Origin: Marsupella aquatica
Taxonomy: Eukaryota > Plantae > Marchantiophyta
DNA: 64,000 nucleotides
NCBI GenBank assembly: GCA_973895155.1
Contig: OZ316893.1
Span: 16,026,645-16,090,644, forward strand
Reading direction: 5' to 3'
Shown piece after piece: positions 14,909-26,479 of the stretch. Both the position numbers and the translations under genes were made by a program. The notes below the pieces were generated by a model. The model searched no databases. It was not told the origin of the DNA and saw only the letters and a program-made list of their open reading frames with translations. Positions within the stretch are counted from its first letter, which is position 1. The number at the start of each line of letters is the position of its first letter.

Positions 14909-15291
14909 TGTTAGGTTATGCCTCTATTATAACCTATTTACTTCCATAGTACTAGTTAGACTTTAGCAGACTAGGATAGGACTCGTTTGAGTTCCAAGCT
15001 CTGATAGACCATGGGATGGGGTATACCCAAGAGGAACCCAAATGTGTGCCGCACAATTGAGAGTTCAGTCTTCTATCAAATGTGTTGAGGTGGAGGGTGA
15101 GAGAGAGATCAGGTCATAGTGGAGCTTGTGGAGCTAGGCTATGGTGGATGTTAAGTTCATATTGATTCTTCTCTCACGGTCGTGGACGTAGCCCAGACGG
15201 GGTGAACCACGTGCTCTCTTTGTCGGTGTTGATTTGTGTTGTATATATGCCAGTTCCTTTGCTGTCATGTTGTTCGATTATATACTCAACA
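14909..15291 (+). mobile_element. diverged Copia-family LTR followed by degenerate PBS
   Basis: TGTTAG...CTCAACA. The 3' half aligns with the reverse complement of the LTR at 30245-30683 (CGTGGACGTAGCC..GGTGAACCACGT; ends CTCAACA) and is followed by PBS-like ATGATCAGAG. Left boundary tentative. Confidence 0.5.
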
Positions 15292-15368
15292 AATATGATC
15301 AGAGTTGGAATCGTGAGCAGTTGATGGTTTGGAATTTCCATGACCAATTTATGATGTTTTGGTGGGCA

Positions 15369-15612
15369 CTTGGGGGGTCACTATATGAAGGGTCATACAT
15401 CACGTGCGACGGTTTGGGTCATTTATGACCCCCGTAAGTCACTTTCTAGAAAGTTGTACGGCACCAATCATGTGATGACACGTATGCATTTTGCAATTAA
15501 ACAACCCTATATTTCCATAGAAGACTTAATAAGTCTTCCGCCAAAACCATTTAAATGACTCTATACTTCGTCGCACATGATATGCCACTTCCATGGAAGT
15601 GACCTCCCCGAG
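15369..15612 (-). mobile_element. MITE (non-autonomous DNA transposon), copy 1
   Basis: TIRs CTTGGGGGGTCACT / AGTGACCTCCCCGAG; perfect 8-bp TSD GGTGGGCA (15361-15368, 15613-15620); reverse-complement similar to the copies at 46641 and 47455. Confidence 0.85.
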
Positions 15613-15858
15613 GGTGGGCAGTTACTTGAATCATTGAGCTGATGAAATTGTTGTTCTTGGTTCAGAAAACAAAAATTTATGCTGGCAAGAAGTTCACACA
15701 AGATCAAGAAATTTTGTTTTGGATTTTTCACAGTTTTTTCACCATTTTTTTGTGGTGGTTTTTAATTCCTGAAAAATTGAGGCGTTGACGGGTGCAATCA
15801 AATTTTTCTTGATGGGGTTGTGATCTTGGCAATCTTTGCTCAAGGTGGAGTAAAAGTT

Positions 15859-18204
15859 TCATGCAACGGGACAGTAGCAATTGGCCGCTCTTTTGCATCT
15901 GTTGAATTCTGCATCAACACTCAACAATGGCAGAACCTCTACTACTTTCTTCCAGTCGGTATCTGACGGAAAATTCCTTGCATCCTTGCTAAAGTAGTAT
16001 TCTTCAATAAGAGACTTGAGCTTCCTCACTCTTTTCACATCCTTTGCAAGCTCCTCTATTGAGGGGATGTCAGATTTATTTGTGGCATCTTTCTTCAGCA
16101 ATGCCTTTCCTGACTTCACCTGTGTCAAGATTTTTGTGATGTCTTTGTGTGAGATCAACTCACCATCAAAGGGACAAAACATGGCAACGGTAATTGCTTT
16201 TTTGGACTTGTCATTTCCTTCCACCCCAGCTCCATCAGGAAGTTTCCCATGCAACCACATCTCACATACTAAACGCCACAACTCAAAAAGATCGTTGTCC
16301 GCAAAAAGTAGCCAGTATACATTTCGCAAGTCCTTCCTCCCCATAGACATTCTTGCCAAAGCCAACCAATCCTACAATCCAAAAGGAAAGCTAGTTAGTT
16401 ATCCCCAACTCAAGCGTTGGAAACAAATAGGATTCTAATGTGCAATAATAGTTTTGGATTCAGATGGTCTCAATCAAAAACAAAACTCAAACCAAACATT
16501 CCAAAAATTCCAATACTCTGTGACAAATCGTGTCGGACTGAGACCATCCAAATCCAAAATAGAGTTACTCTCTATGGTAGAGAAATACACACAAAGCAAT
16601 CACATTTCTTACCTGAAATTTTTGGTTGTCTTGAGCATTTGTTTTGTTGTCGCCGTGTTTTGGTTTGTTTGGTCTTCCACATTCAACAAACTACCGCCTC
16701 GCATGGACAACTGTATCTTAAAGCACGGTTGAAACACCACTGTGCTATTGATGGCATTTGATCTCATGGAGTGTTCAACAAGAATTGTAGACGATGTGCG
16801 ATCAGACAATATTCTGGATTTCCTGAATTCTAACTTCTTGGCCAACTGGGTGAGCTTGGCATCCTTCTTTGCCCAATCACGAATCCATCTCACAGCTCTC
16901 GCAGAGTGCTGACCACTAACGGCCAGAAATTGGACCTCGCCCTTTTTCACTCCGGCCAAAAAATCCTTCCGGTCCAACTCCGTATTCTTATAGTGGAGTA
17001 CCTTTCTTCGCTTGGCGTTAAAAGGAATCAAATCCGCAACATGTGGCTCGTGCCCAGGTGTTTTGACCATGGAATAAGCAATGTCTTGCACATGATCAGA
17101 ATTCATCATCCGATAGCACAGTCTCGCTGGTGCTGGAAAAATACTTTCGACCAAGATCAGAAAAATTCCATTTATCCCAAAAGTATAGTACTGCTCCATT
17201 TGTTGCAGAACCTCATTCCCTTCTAAGACATTTTTCTCCTCTGGAGCATGTGGCATATCACCCTCATCTTCAGCATGTAACAAAAAATCTACAGCCAGGA
17301 GTTGAATCCATGACTATGGTGTCTTTTTTGTTTCTTCTTTTCCCTCAACTTCTTTTCGACTGGAAGCTTCTTCTTCTCCACCGGAGTCGAGATCTTCTTC
17401 TCAACTGAAGCAGGTTTCTTGACCGGAAGCTTCTTCTCCCTCTGCTTTTGCTTCCCTGTCACTCTCTCCATGGTTGTTGCTAGAGTAGTTTGTGTTGTCT
17501 CCGTCATAGTTGTTGGAGTTCCTTTGGCTGGCATAGACTCAATTATGTTCCGTGCTTGTGTACTTTTCCTCAATTTCACCAAAGACTCTACCCATAGATT
17601 TTCTTTTTCCAGGTCAAGCGTTTCTGCAAAGGCTAGTGCCTTGTTGGTCCAAACATTTGAGTCTGGTGATAACAAACCTGCTTTCTCAAGCAAATTGTTT
17701 AGAGTCCATGTGGCTAGAAGAAAGAACTTTGATGGCAGGGTTGTTTAGAATTTTGAGTTTCAAATAAAGAAACCCATAAAGAATGTCCAATGGAAGCATT
17801 CCCTTCAGTCCTCCAATAATCTTCTCCTTTGTGTAGGATTTTGGAAAGAATCCCATCGATAACACACTTAATTCCCCACTTGCATACCATTCCACATTGA
17901 ACTTGACCGAGAATGCCTTTGACGGGAGCTGCAATTTTGCCCACCTCATCATGTCAGCCACCTCTACAATGATAGAATTCATTCTTCTTCCTATCATTCC
18001 CACAGAGACCATGGGTCCAATGACCAATGTTTGATTGTTGCCTGTCCTGATCTTGACACACAAGATTGGATCCTGGCAATTAGTTGACTGCAGCCAGAAA
18101 TTTACTTGTGAGAACTCAAGTCCCCACCAAAATCCTGGATCGCGGTCCTCCAAAATGAGCCCATCATCATAATCTGCCGCTAAAATGGCGAGATTTGTAT
18201 TCAC
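15859..18204 (-). pseudogene. intron-containing, frameshifted gene with ParB/Srx-like domain (probably TE-borne)
   Basis: Consecutive minus ORFs 18204-17686, 17693-17289 (Lys-rich linker), 17283-16609 (CYRMMNSDHVQDIAYSM...FLAVSGQHSARAV...LVEHSMRSN) and 16365-15859. GT-AG intron 16612-16372; a frameshift and a TAG lie just before the donor. Confidence 0.6.
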
Positions 18205-18572
18205 CAGATCACTCTTTGCATTGGAGAGTGTAAATTCATATTAGACTTCAAATCCATGAAATTAGTTTCAAGAAATCACTGACAAAGTGAGATTGAGGGC
18301 TCTTGGATTTGGATGGTCCGAATCCAATGACTCAATATGCATGAATAAACCTCTAGAAACTTACTTTGGACTTGTGATTGAAATTTTGGGAATCCACAAG
18401 CGCTATGGCCACAAGATCACCAACAGAGGAGAGATCCAAGTCGTCGGATTCTTCCGCTAGGTTTTCTTGGCAACTTCCATTTTTTAGAGTGACACGTGGC
18501 AGGATATAGTGATGACACATCAAGATGGGCAAGATCTAGGGCATTGCAGCAGATTAGGGCAAGAAGGCAGTT

Positions 18573-18610
18573 AGGGCAAGGGCAAGGGCAAGGGAAAGGG
18601 CAAGGGAAAG
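18573..18610. repeat. GGGCAA/GGGAAA hexamer microsatellite
   Basis: About six tandem hexamers. Confidence 0.7.
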
Positions 18611-21024
18611 TGGCGGCAAGAGTGAGGAGGAGTGAGTGAGAGCGAGGAGGAGCAAGCAAGAGCAAGAGCGAGGAGAGAAAATTAACAATGAGGTCTATGG
18701 AAGACCTCATCCTCCCTTTACCCCCTCTTGAAAGGTGTGTCCGCATACGGAGACTCTCTATATGGATGATCGTTGTACGGAAGCTTGTTGTACGGATAGA
18801 GTCTGAGAAGGGATCTTGTCCTATGAGTTTGGGTGGGACGCTAGCTATACTGTCTGACACAATGGAGTGAAAAAGGATTGGATGATGGTTCTAACCGCGA
18901 TACTCAATGTTGCCTTATGTAAGATTTTTGGGAAACCTGACCCACACATCTGGAACATTCGCAAAGTTGACGGGTGGACCACGAGGAGGAGGTGCGGTCG
19001 TGTGATGTTGAGGTGGAGGTGGTGTATCTTCATCAGAGGAGGATGAGTCTGTGGTGGAGATTTCAGAAGATGAAGACATATCCCCTATAACAAGATATAA
19101 TCAAAAGGGGCACGTTATGACCAAAACATGCCACAAAATGATATAAATCAAAGTTCCCAAATAATGATGACAAGAAACCCAAACCAATCTTACCATAGCA
19201 ATAAAAAAGGTACCTTTGTGAGACCCGGGCTCAGTAGTGCCAATAGGTCTTGTGGCTCTAAGATAATCAATGAACCCAATCTGAAAGTATGAGGGAAAAG
19301 CTGCAAGCATTCCATATAATTATATGTAAGCCCAATAATCTGGACCATAAAAAAACACCCTATATAGACATGTCCCCTTTACACTGTATAGTGGTAACGC
19401 AAAGTGTTAAGTACATGAAAGGGACACTTGAGCTGATCATGCAATGTTTACCTTTCAGATGCCCGGGCTCTCACAATGCATATGCATAATTAGTATCAAA
19501 TCATCAAAAAGTGCCGCACCCTGCAATTAGCTATCATATATTCCCCTCCTTTGTTAGCAAAACCCATGCCAATCCCTTTCTGATTCATAGACCAATTGAA
19601 ACCTCTCTTAAACCCAATGAACCTCATGTAATCTTACTTTGTCTTATCCAAACCCTCAACCCCAAACCGCGTCCTACATGTTAAACCTAAAATTAATGTG
19701 ACTTACACACAAACCCAAACCTTTCTTCTTGACCCTAGAGACCTTCCTATTTAAAAAGCCCAAGCAAACCCTAAACCCAAACCTTACTTATTTATTGTAA
19801 ACCAATGTAAACCTAAACCTTCGCCTAAACCAACACCATACATAACCCATTAACCTGAAATCGGCCTAACCCTTCAAACATGCCTTCAAGTATTATCTAA
19901 CACCCAAAACATGGCCAAAAAGCATACCAAATATGAGTATAGAGGGGTCCACTTTACCTTAAAAAAAAACCCTTTCAAATGAAACCCTCGATGAAACCAA
20001 CACCCCCCCTAGGATGAGATGCCAATGTCTTGCAAACCAATTCCCTTCGCAAATACCATCACAAATTAGAATTGCATTTTGCGAAGCATCCACTTTCACA
20101 CTACCTTCAGAAAAACAGAGCCCAAGAGCATTTATGTGAGAGAGCAAAGGTGTTGTGAAGCCTTTTGCTTCTCAATGGTTTTGCAAAATTGAGAAACTAA
20201 AACAACAATGGTGTTTGTAGAGAACCTTGTATACTTGTGGGTTGGTATGATTGGCCCTGAATATGCGATCCGATAAGGTTGTGGGTATAGTTTGTGTTCC
20301 GCCGCCGGAACATACCTTAAGTCGATAGCTGGATCGACCTTGGCTTAAGGGCTTCTAAGCCTTTGTGCTGTCCGTCTCTGATCCGGATCCGATTTAACGG
20401 GTATCCAACCCGGGCTCGTAACCACTATCCGCAGCTGACACCCCGTGCACGGCTCGGATAATGCGTTTGGCCAAGCATTCTCTACCCATATACAAGATTC
20501 ATACATGCAACTGGACTCACAAGCACTCAATCTTGGTTTACACAAAGGAAATGGTGGGAAAAGACTTTACTTCATAATCTGTCACACACATATACATGGT
20601 TGACTTGACATTTCTTGAGTGAACAGGCCCAACGGCAGAGAGGCATACACTACAATGGAGCCCGGCTCCGCACTCGCCCAACAAGCTTAGTTGTACCCTC
20701 CCTCCTTGATGCTCTTTCACTCACAAAGTCCGGGACTCCCCGCACATCCTGTGGATACCCGGTTGTGAAAGCTAAAATCCCACTTGCCTCTACCGGGGGT
20801 GTACTAAATACTAAGAGCCGGGGCTCGAAGCCGCCACATGCTCAAATCTATGCTATCCAAGATTCTAAACTCTGCTAACTGTTAGGCCATAAAACAACGT
20901 GTCTTATTCTAAGATTCTAACTACGAAGGTCGGTCGGATAGGACAGCGCTGCTAACTGGTTTTGGCGCTTGTCCTTATTGTCTGACTACTCTACTCCTAA
21001 CTCTATCCTAAACCTACTCCGCCG

Positions 21025-22126
21025 CTAATGTCTGGCACACTTGCAAGACCTGCCTGAGTTGGATTTGGAGCGGACATCCCGTTGCCTCTTGAGCCGGTCA
21101 GCGTCCTGCTTGAGCAGTTGGACCTGGTCCAGCAGAGATTTGTTCTCTCGCTTTGCCGCGTTCGTCTCCTCCGCGGCTTCTTGGCATGCCTCTTCCAATT
21201 GCTGGGCATTGCTCGTCAGCTTGTCTACCAATTGGGCTTGCTTCGTGGCTTCTCCTTGAAGTCGTCCCACTTCCGTCTTCAGGGCGTCTATCTTGACTGC
21301 GTCTCGCTAGGCCCGGGCGTCGGCCTCCTCCACATCTTTTTTCCAAATGATGGCTTGTCCCTTCATACCGTCAATTTGGGTTTGGAGCCGTGCAATCTTG
21401 GCATTCTTCCCGACTTTGGCCTGTTCTGCCAAGGCTGCCCGGGCCCTAGCTTTGGCCACCTAATCTTCTATGGCCACTAACTGAGGTCAAAGCAATTGAA
21501 GTTTGGTCTCCCCGGCTGAAACTTTGTCTTTCAGGTGGGTAGACTCAACCCAATACCGCTCTATCCTTTGCATGGCCTCAGCCTGCGCATCCCCCGCTTG
21601 CATGGCTGCAACCAATTCCTAGTTGAAGAAGTAGGCCACCTTCCGTGCCATGAACTCCCCGGTATCCCGCGCAATTTGTTGGGAGAAGTCACCCAGCAAC
21701 CCATTCAAAAACGTGTCTGGTGCAAAGAGTTCCGGGTACTCCAGATTATGCTCACTCGGTTCAAGCAAGTACAAACCCCAGCTCGTGCGGGAGTCGGAGT
21801 GCTGATGTCCAGCCCTTGAAATATGATGGCAAAGGGGGATGGGTTTGCACGGGATGGGCGGTTCTCCTGGACAGTCGTGGAGGGTACCGGGGTATCCTCT
21901 GTAACCGCAGTCTCGGGCCCGAGGCCGGTTTGTGCCAGCCCAGCTTCAATGGCCGCGCTGGCCTGGTTGATCGAATCCAGGGTTGCGATAACCGCATCGT
22001 CCGGTACAGACGGAGGGGCGGCAACGGTTGGTTGTGGGGCCGGGTAGTTGTGGGCCTCACGGTGTGCTGAGGATAAGCAAAGAGGTGGGAAAAGAGGCTC
22101 AAGGACACACCGGGTGCATGGCTGCA
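21025..22126 (-). pseudogene. C-terminal coiled-coil part of TE accessory protein
   Basis: RANPSPFAIIFQGL...GRLQGEATKQAQLVDKLTSNAQQLEEACQEAAEETNAAKRENKSLLDQVQLLKQDADRLKR, with stops and frameshifts. Confidence 0.55.
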
Positions 22127-23967
22127 TGAGAAGATAACCAATTGTGAGAACAATCCTTTATAGCTTTCAACATATTAAGCATCAACATACTTTTGACTTT
22201 GCTCATGGTTGCCTTGGTTTGGTCAACAAACTCCTTAAAAAACATCAAGCAACCTTAAACTCGTCACTCTAGCAACCCTCACAAGCTATAAGCAATCATA
22301 AGCTACTTTCTCATTCAAAGAGTCCTTCCAACTCAAGCACCTTACTTCTGAAAATGCCTTCACCATTCTACTTTCAAAAATGTCTTCAAACATCATCAAA
22401 AACACCCATTACATCACATAGCTTTCACAAATGATCCATTCATCCTTCATTCATACCCAAAATAATCCTCCTACACCATCTTTCAAAAACCAAGGAGTCC
22501 ACTCCTCTAAATGCATGGCAAAAGGCACATGAAAAGCATCATGGACTTTTCTAAGTCAAAATATGGGTCACAAGCAAGACCCTCCTAGCAAAGAAGAACC
22601 AAACAAGCTCAAACACCAAGTAAGACATTATCTAGCCTCCAAACTACCACCATAGCCATCTCAAGACTTCAAAATAGCTTTGTCTCCCTTCCTACTCCCT
22701 TACACCTACCATCCTCCTTCAAAACCCCCAAGCCATGGTGTTTGCACTTAAGTAGGCCTTCTTAATGAGCCCTCTCTCATGAAACACACACAAGCTCAGA
22801 AATGTTTTGTTACATATCACCACTAAGGCTTGAATCAGCCCTACTACTTCAAACCCTTCAAAACTTGGAGCCAAGAGCTTACATTTGAGTATGTCTTCTT
22901 GTGGGCAATCTCTCATGCATGCTCCTTAAGCTTCCTACTCATGGTCTACCTCCTTCCTAAGGCTTCGAATCAGCCTCTCCTACATTTGAAACTTCCCTCA
23001 AAATCCCTTTTAAAAATTGTCACAAGTGAAATGTGGCAACATTCCAAGTGTCCCCTCTCTCTTCTCCTTCTAAAAATGAGTTCTACATCTCCTACCCTCA
23101 AGAACCTAAGTCCACGGCCAAGGAGGAGGGCTCCTCCCTTACACATGCCTCATCCTCGAGCTCCCCTCTAGAGGTTCTCTCCTACAACTCAAAAATGGGA
23201 CTTAACACTCCAAAACGGCAAAACGATAGCACTTCAGCAGCATCTAACTTCCGAACCCTTGGCCACTCAAACTTAATCCTTTAGTACCCACGTGGGAAGG
23301 CCCAGGGCACCCACAATCTCCTCCACTTATTGTTTTAGTCCTTGTTGAATCACAGCCCTAGATCTCACACCAATTAGATCAAACGGCCAGAAATGAGCCA
23401 AAAAACCCCTCCTTAGTAACTTGCAAACCAAAAGAGCTTCGACCTTTTTGAAAAATCCACGACCTCCACCAAGCCCTAACTCACATCTCCACCTTCAATC
23501 CAAACCATCCATTAACCAAAACCAAGATCCACCGTTGAAGTAGATACATTGAATCTGGTCCATTTAACACAAAACTCTGAATCTGGTCCATATCTCACAA
23601 AACTGATGCACTTGGACCAAACCCTCTTACATGCCTTGAACCTGGTCACCTCCTTCATGTATTCAATGAACCTGGTCATCATGTTGCCAAAACCCTAAAT
23701 ACCTTGCTTGTCGAGCAAGCAACCTCCATTCCGCCGATCCGCCAAATGACAAATTAACCGCTGGTCACAAATGAAAAACATACCTCACAATAGTAACAAG
23801 GGTGGGTAGGCTCGACCTCATCCCTACCTTGACCCTCATAACTCTACTTCCTCCTTCACCTTGGTCAAGTTAGCTCAAGTCAAGTCAACTTGCCCAAGTT
23901 AGAAGCAAAAATGGTTTCAACTTCCTTCACAAAACATGAGGATTCCTCCTTTAGGATGGAAACCTCA
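22127..23967. mobile_element. AT-rich insertion, probable solo LTR
   Basis: Interrupts the GC-richer accessory ORF; TGAG...CTCA inverted termini; flanks only imperfectly duplicated (CTGCA/TGACA); internal TGAA(T/C)CTGGTC repeats at ~23550-23680. Confidence 0.4.
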
Positions 23968-25400
23968 TGACAACGGCCGCCGGACTTCTGGCCTTGGGCT
24001 GGGGTCGCCTTTCCAAGGCCGGGAATACCCATCGTGATGGGGTTGCTTGGGCTCGTTGAGTCGAGGGAGGCTTCGGCGGTCAAAATGGGCGTACCACTAG
24101 ATGATTATTTTGATGTGGCTTGCGAGGTACGCCTTTTTGCCGAGGTACAAGGTCTTCGTTCGCCGCTCCATCTCCTCGTGGAACTTCTTGACAAAGAAAG
24201 AAGCCACTTCCTAGGCCGGTAGTTCTTGACCTGGATTACTTGGGTGGCGGATATTTTGCCCCTTGGCTCCAACATGTGGAGGCCGTACCTCTAGAACTCC
24301 AGCCGCTCCGCTATCTTTGGGATGAGGCATGTCCTCATCAAGAATCCGTTATCCACTGCTCCTTTGGCCGGGAAGCTAGAAGACTGCTTGCCCCCGGGAG
24401 CCCGTGATTCCACCCGATTTACTCCTTTGGGTAGGCCGAAGATCATCTTGAGCCGTGCCTTGCTGAGGGACATCACTGTTCCATGCGCACGGGTTTGTTG
24501 GAGGGCCTCGTCAAAGTTTTGGATAAACTCCGTTATATCCTGCCCATAGTACTTGCTAGCATTCCAAGGGAGAGAGGCAAGGTGCTCAAACCCTTGGGTC
24601 TTCAGGTAGCATGCATGCTTGGGGTGGAGAATGTTCTTGTGGATATTCTCCCCCATGCGATGCATGATCAACTTGGCCACCGCAATTGTGGCCAAAGGCA
24701 GCCCGGATACAGCAGCGGGTTCCTTTCTCTTCCTACCCCAAGACTGGTTCCCTGGGTGACTTGTAGAGGGGGACATCTCCTCGTCCTCTCTATCGGGCGG
24801 CGGCACTGCTACCGCCGTAAGTACTGGTGCTGGGGCTGCCACTATCACCGTGTCATCTACCATAGCCGTCACTTGAGTCCGTGCTTGTGCAGGTGGTGAC
24901 GTACGTGTTGATTGGCTCGTGTGTGCTCGCCCCTTGAGGTCGCCGGTGCAGGGGAGGGTGAGCCTCTTTGTCCTTGGAACTGATGTTCACCGCGTTCACC
25001 ACAGATTGTAACCAGAGGGGTGGTGCGACCGGTGGTGGAAATTGGCTTGGTTGAGGCCGAGGTGGTGTTGGCGAGGGCACCGATGACTTGGCGACGGTTG
25101 TAGCTAGAGGAGGTGCCATAAGATTCAACAAGTTTGAGGGGAAGCTGAGTGAGGTCAGGAAGGATGTCTCACCCGTATCTGCATTACCAAACTGATAGTC
25201 TATGGAAGCCTGAACTTTGGCGGGGATATGGTCAAAGTGGTGCCGCTGCAAGTCTATCGTGCCAGGGAGTGTGAAAACCTCATCCGAAAGCCGAAGGAGC
25301 GCTTCCTGGAAGCCGACGTACTTTGGACTGTCAAAGAAGTATTTGCAGATCTTGTCGGCTCAACAGAGCTCACTCTGGAATGGGAGGTTGAAATTGCCGT
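23968..25400 (-). pseudogene. TE accessory protein (Pro-rich N-terminus + plant-mobile-domain/Transposase_32-like domain)
   Basis: LKTQGFEHLASLPWNASKYYGQDITEFIQNFDEALQQTRAHG...IFGLPKG; a close paralogue lies at ~62760-63960 (+). Confidence 0.65.
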
Positions 25401-26020
25401 TATAGTCAGAGAGCCCGGCTAGGCGGATGAGTTGTTCGTACTGCCTTTGGGTGTTGTACCGGCGTGGGTTGACTTTGGCCAGCGACTTCGCTAAATGATT
25501 TTCGACGGATAGAAATTGAAGCCAAAACTGAAGTGCCAAATAATTGTGACAGACATTCAGGAAACAACGGTGGATAACTAAGGAGCAAATGAGAAAGCTG
25601 GGATTGAAGCTGGCGCAAGGAGTGAAGTGTTGATGCTTCACGAGTGAATGGCCCGCCTTTTATTCCCTGAGGGCTCATCGGCCGAACGCCCCCTTCCTCT
25701 TTCCAATAGGCCAATCCTTTCACGCTTGTAGTGTACCGGGCACTCCGCAGGTCCGGGTCAGAGTGTGTTAGCGAGTCGCCCCCTTGAGTTGTTATACGGA
25801 CCCAAGGGGGCATCCCTACACGCTTGTAACCCGATGGTACGAATGGCGCTTTGCCGCCAGCCCAAGCGTAAATGCTCCTTATTGACTAATGATGTCCTAG
25901 TCGTGATTACTACCTACTTTAGTGTCGTTATGCTAATAACTACGGACTACTATGTCCATAGCGCGCGTGCTAAGCACGGATTAGACCGGATCACTTATTA
26001 CCCGCCGTGCTAACGTCACA

Positions 26021-26472
26021 CAAATGTGGATATTTGTTGTAATGCTCACCCTTGCGCTGCATGGCACCTCCCTCTCTATGTCCCATAAGATGCATTCCCT
26101 GTCATGAGGGAAGGAGCTATACTCTTCTATCTGGATGTAATGTAGTACCATCCCCAAAGACTCAACAATTTTCACCCTGCAGCCTTCAAGCACCAGGTCC
26201 CTAAAGGGGAGTTCAATCCACACCTGCAATTTTGTGAACCTGTCAAAATGAACATTAAATGATGGGTCCCATGGGAAGGTAAACACAAACTTACAATCCT
26301 GGAACCACGGGGCCGATGTTAGTGCCCAATCTTGGTGATCAGCATTTTCAAAGACTACCAAATAGTAGTTTTTCCCTACAAATTTCACTAGTACTGTGGA
26401 ATGGCTTGATATAGGTTTATGTAAGAAACTTGTATTGTAAGGTATTAAACAACTAACTGTTTCATTCATCAT
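26021..26472 (-). mobile_element. LINE ORF1 fragment (DUF4283-type)
   Basis: VKFVGKNYYLVVFENADHQDWALTSAPWFQDCKFVFTFPWDPSF...QVWIELP...VESLGMVL is the plant L1 ORF1 pattern. Confidence 0.75.
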
Positions 26473-26479
26473 CCCACCA

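Larger units (their letters stand above)
20264..26020 (-). mobile_element. LTR-like element (TGTGACG...GATCGCA) carrying a degenerate accessory gene
   Basis: Starts TGTGACG at 26020, where it interrupts a LINE ORF1. The 5' region is homologous to 47027+ and 62002+. It contains Pro-rich, accessory-domain and coiled-coil ORF pieces. No TSD match, so the left end is tentative. Confidence 0.5.

Noticed and set aside
19216-19476. Short inverted repeat TGTGAGACCCGGGC / GCCCGGGCTCTCACA as a MITE
   Set aside because: No TSD and no second copy found in the window.
19560-19900. Telomere-like AAACCCT/AAACCT-rich tract
   Set aside because: Scattered degenerate motifs, not a tandem CCCTAAA array; typical of TE non-coding DNA.
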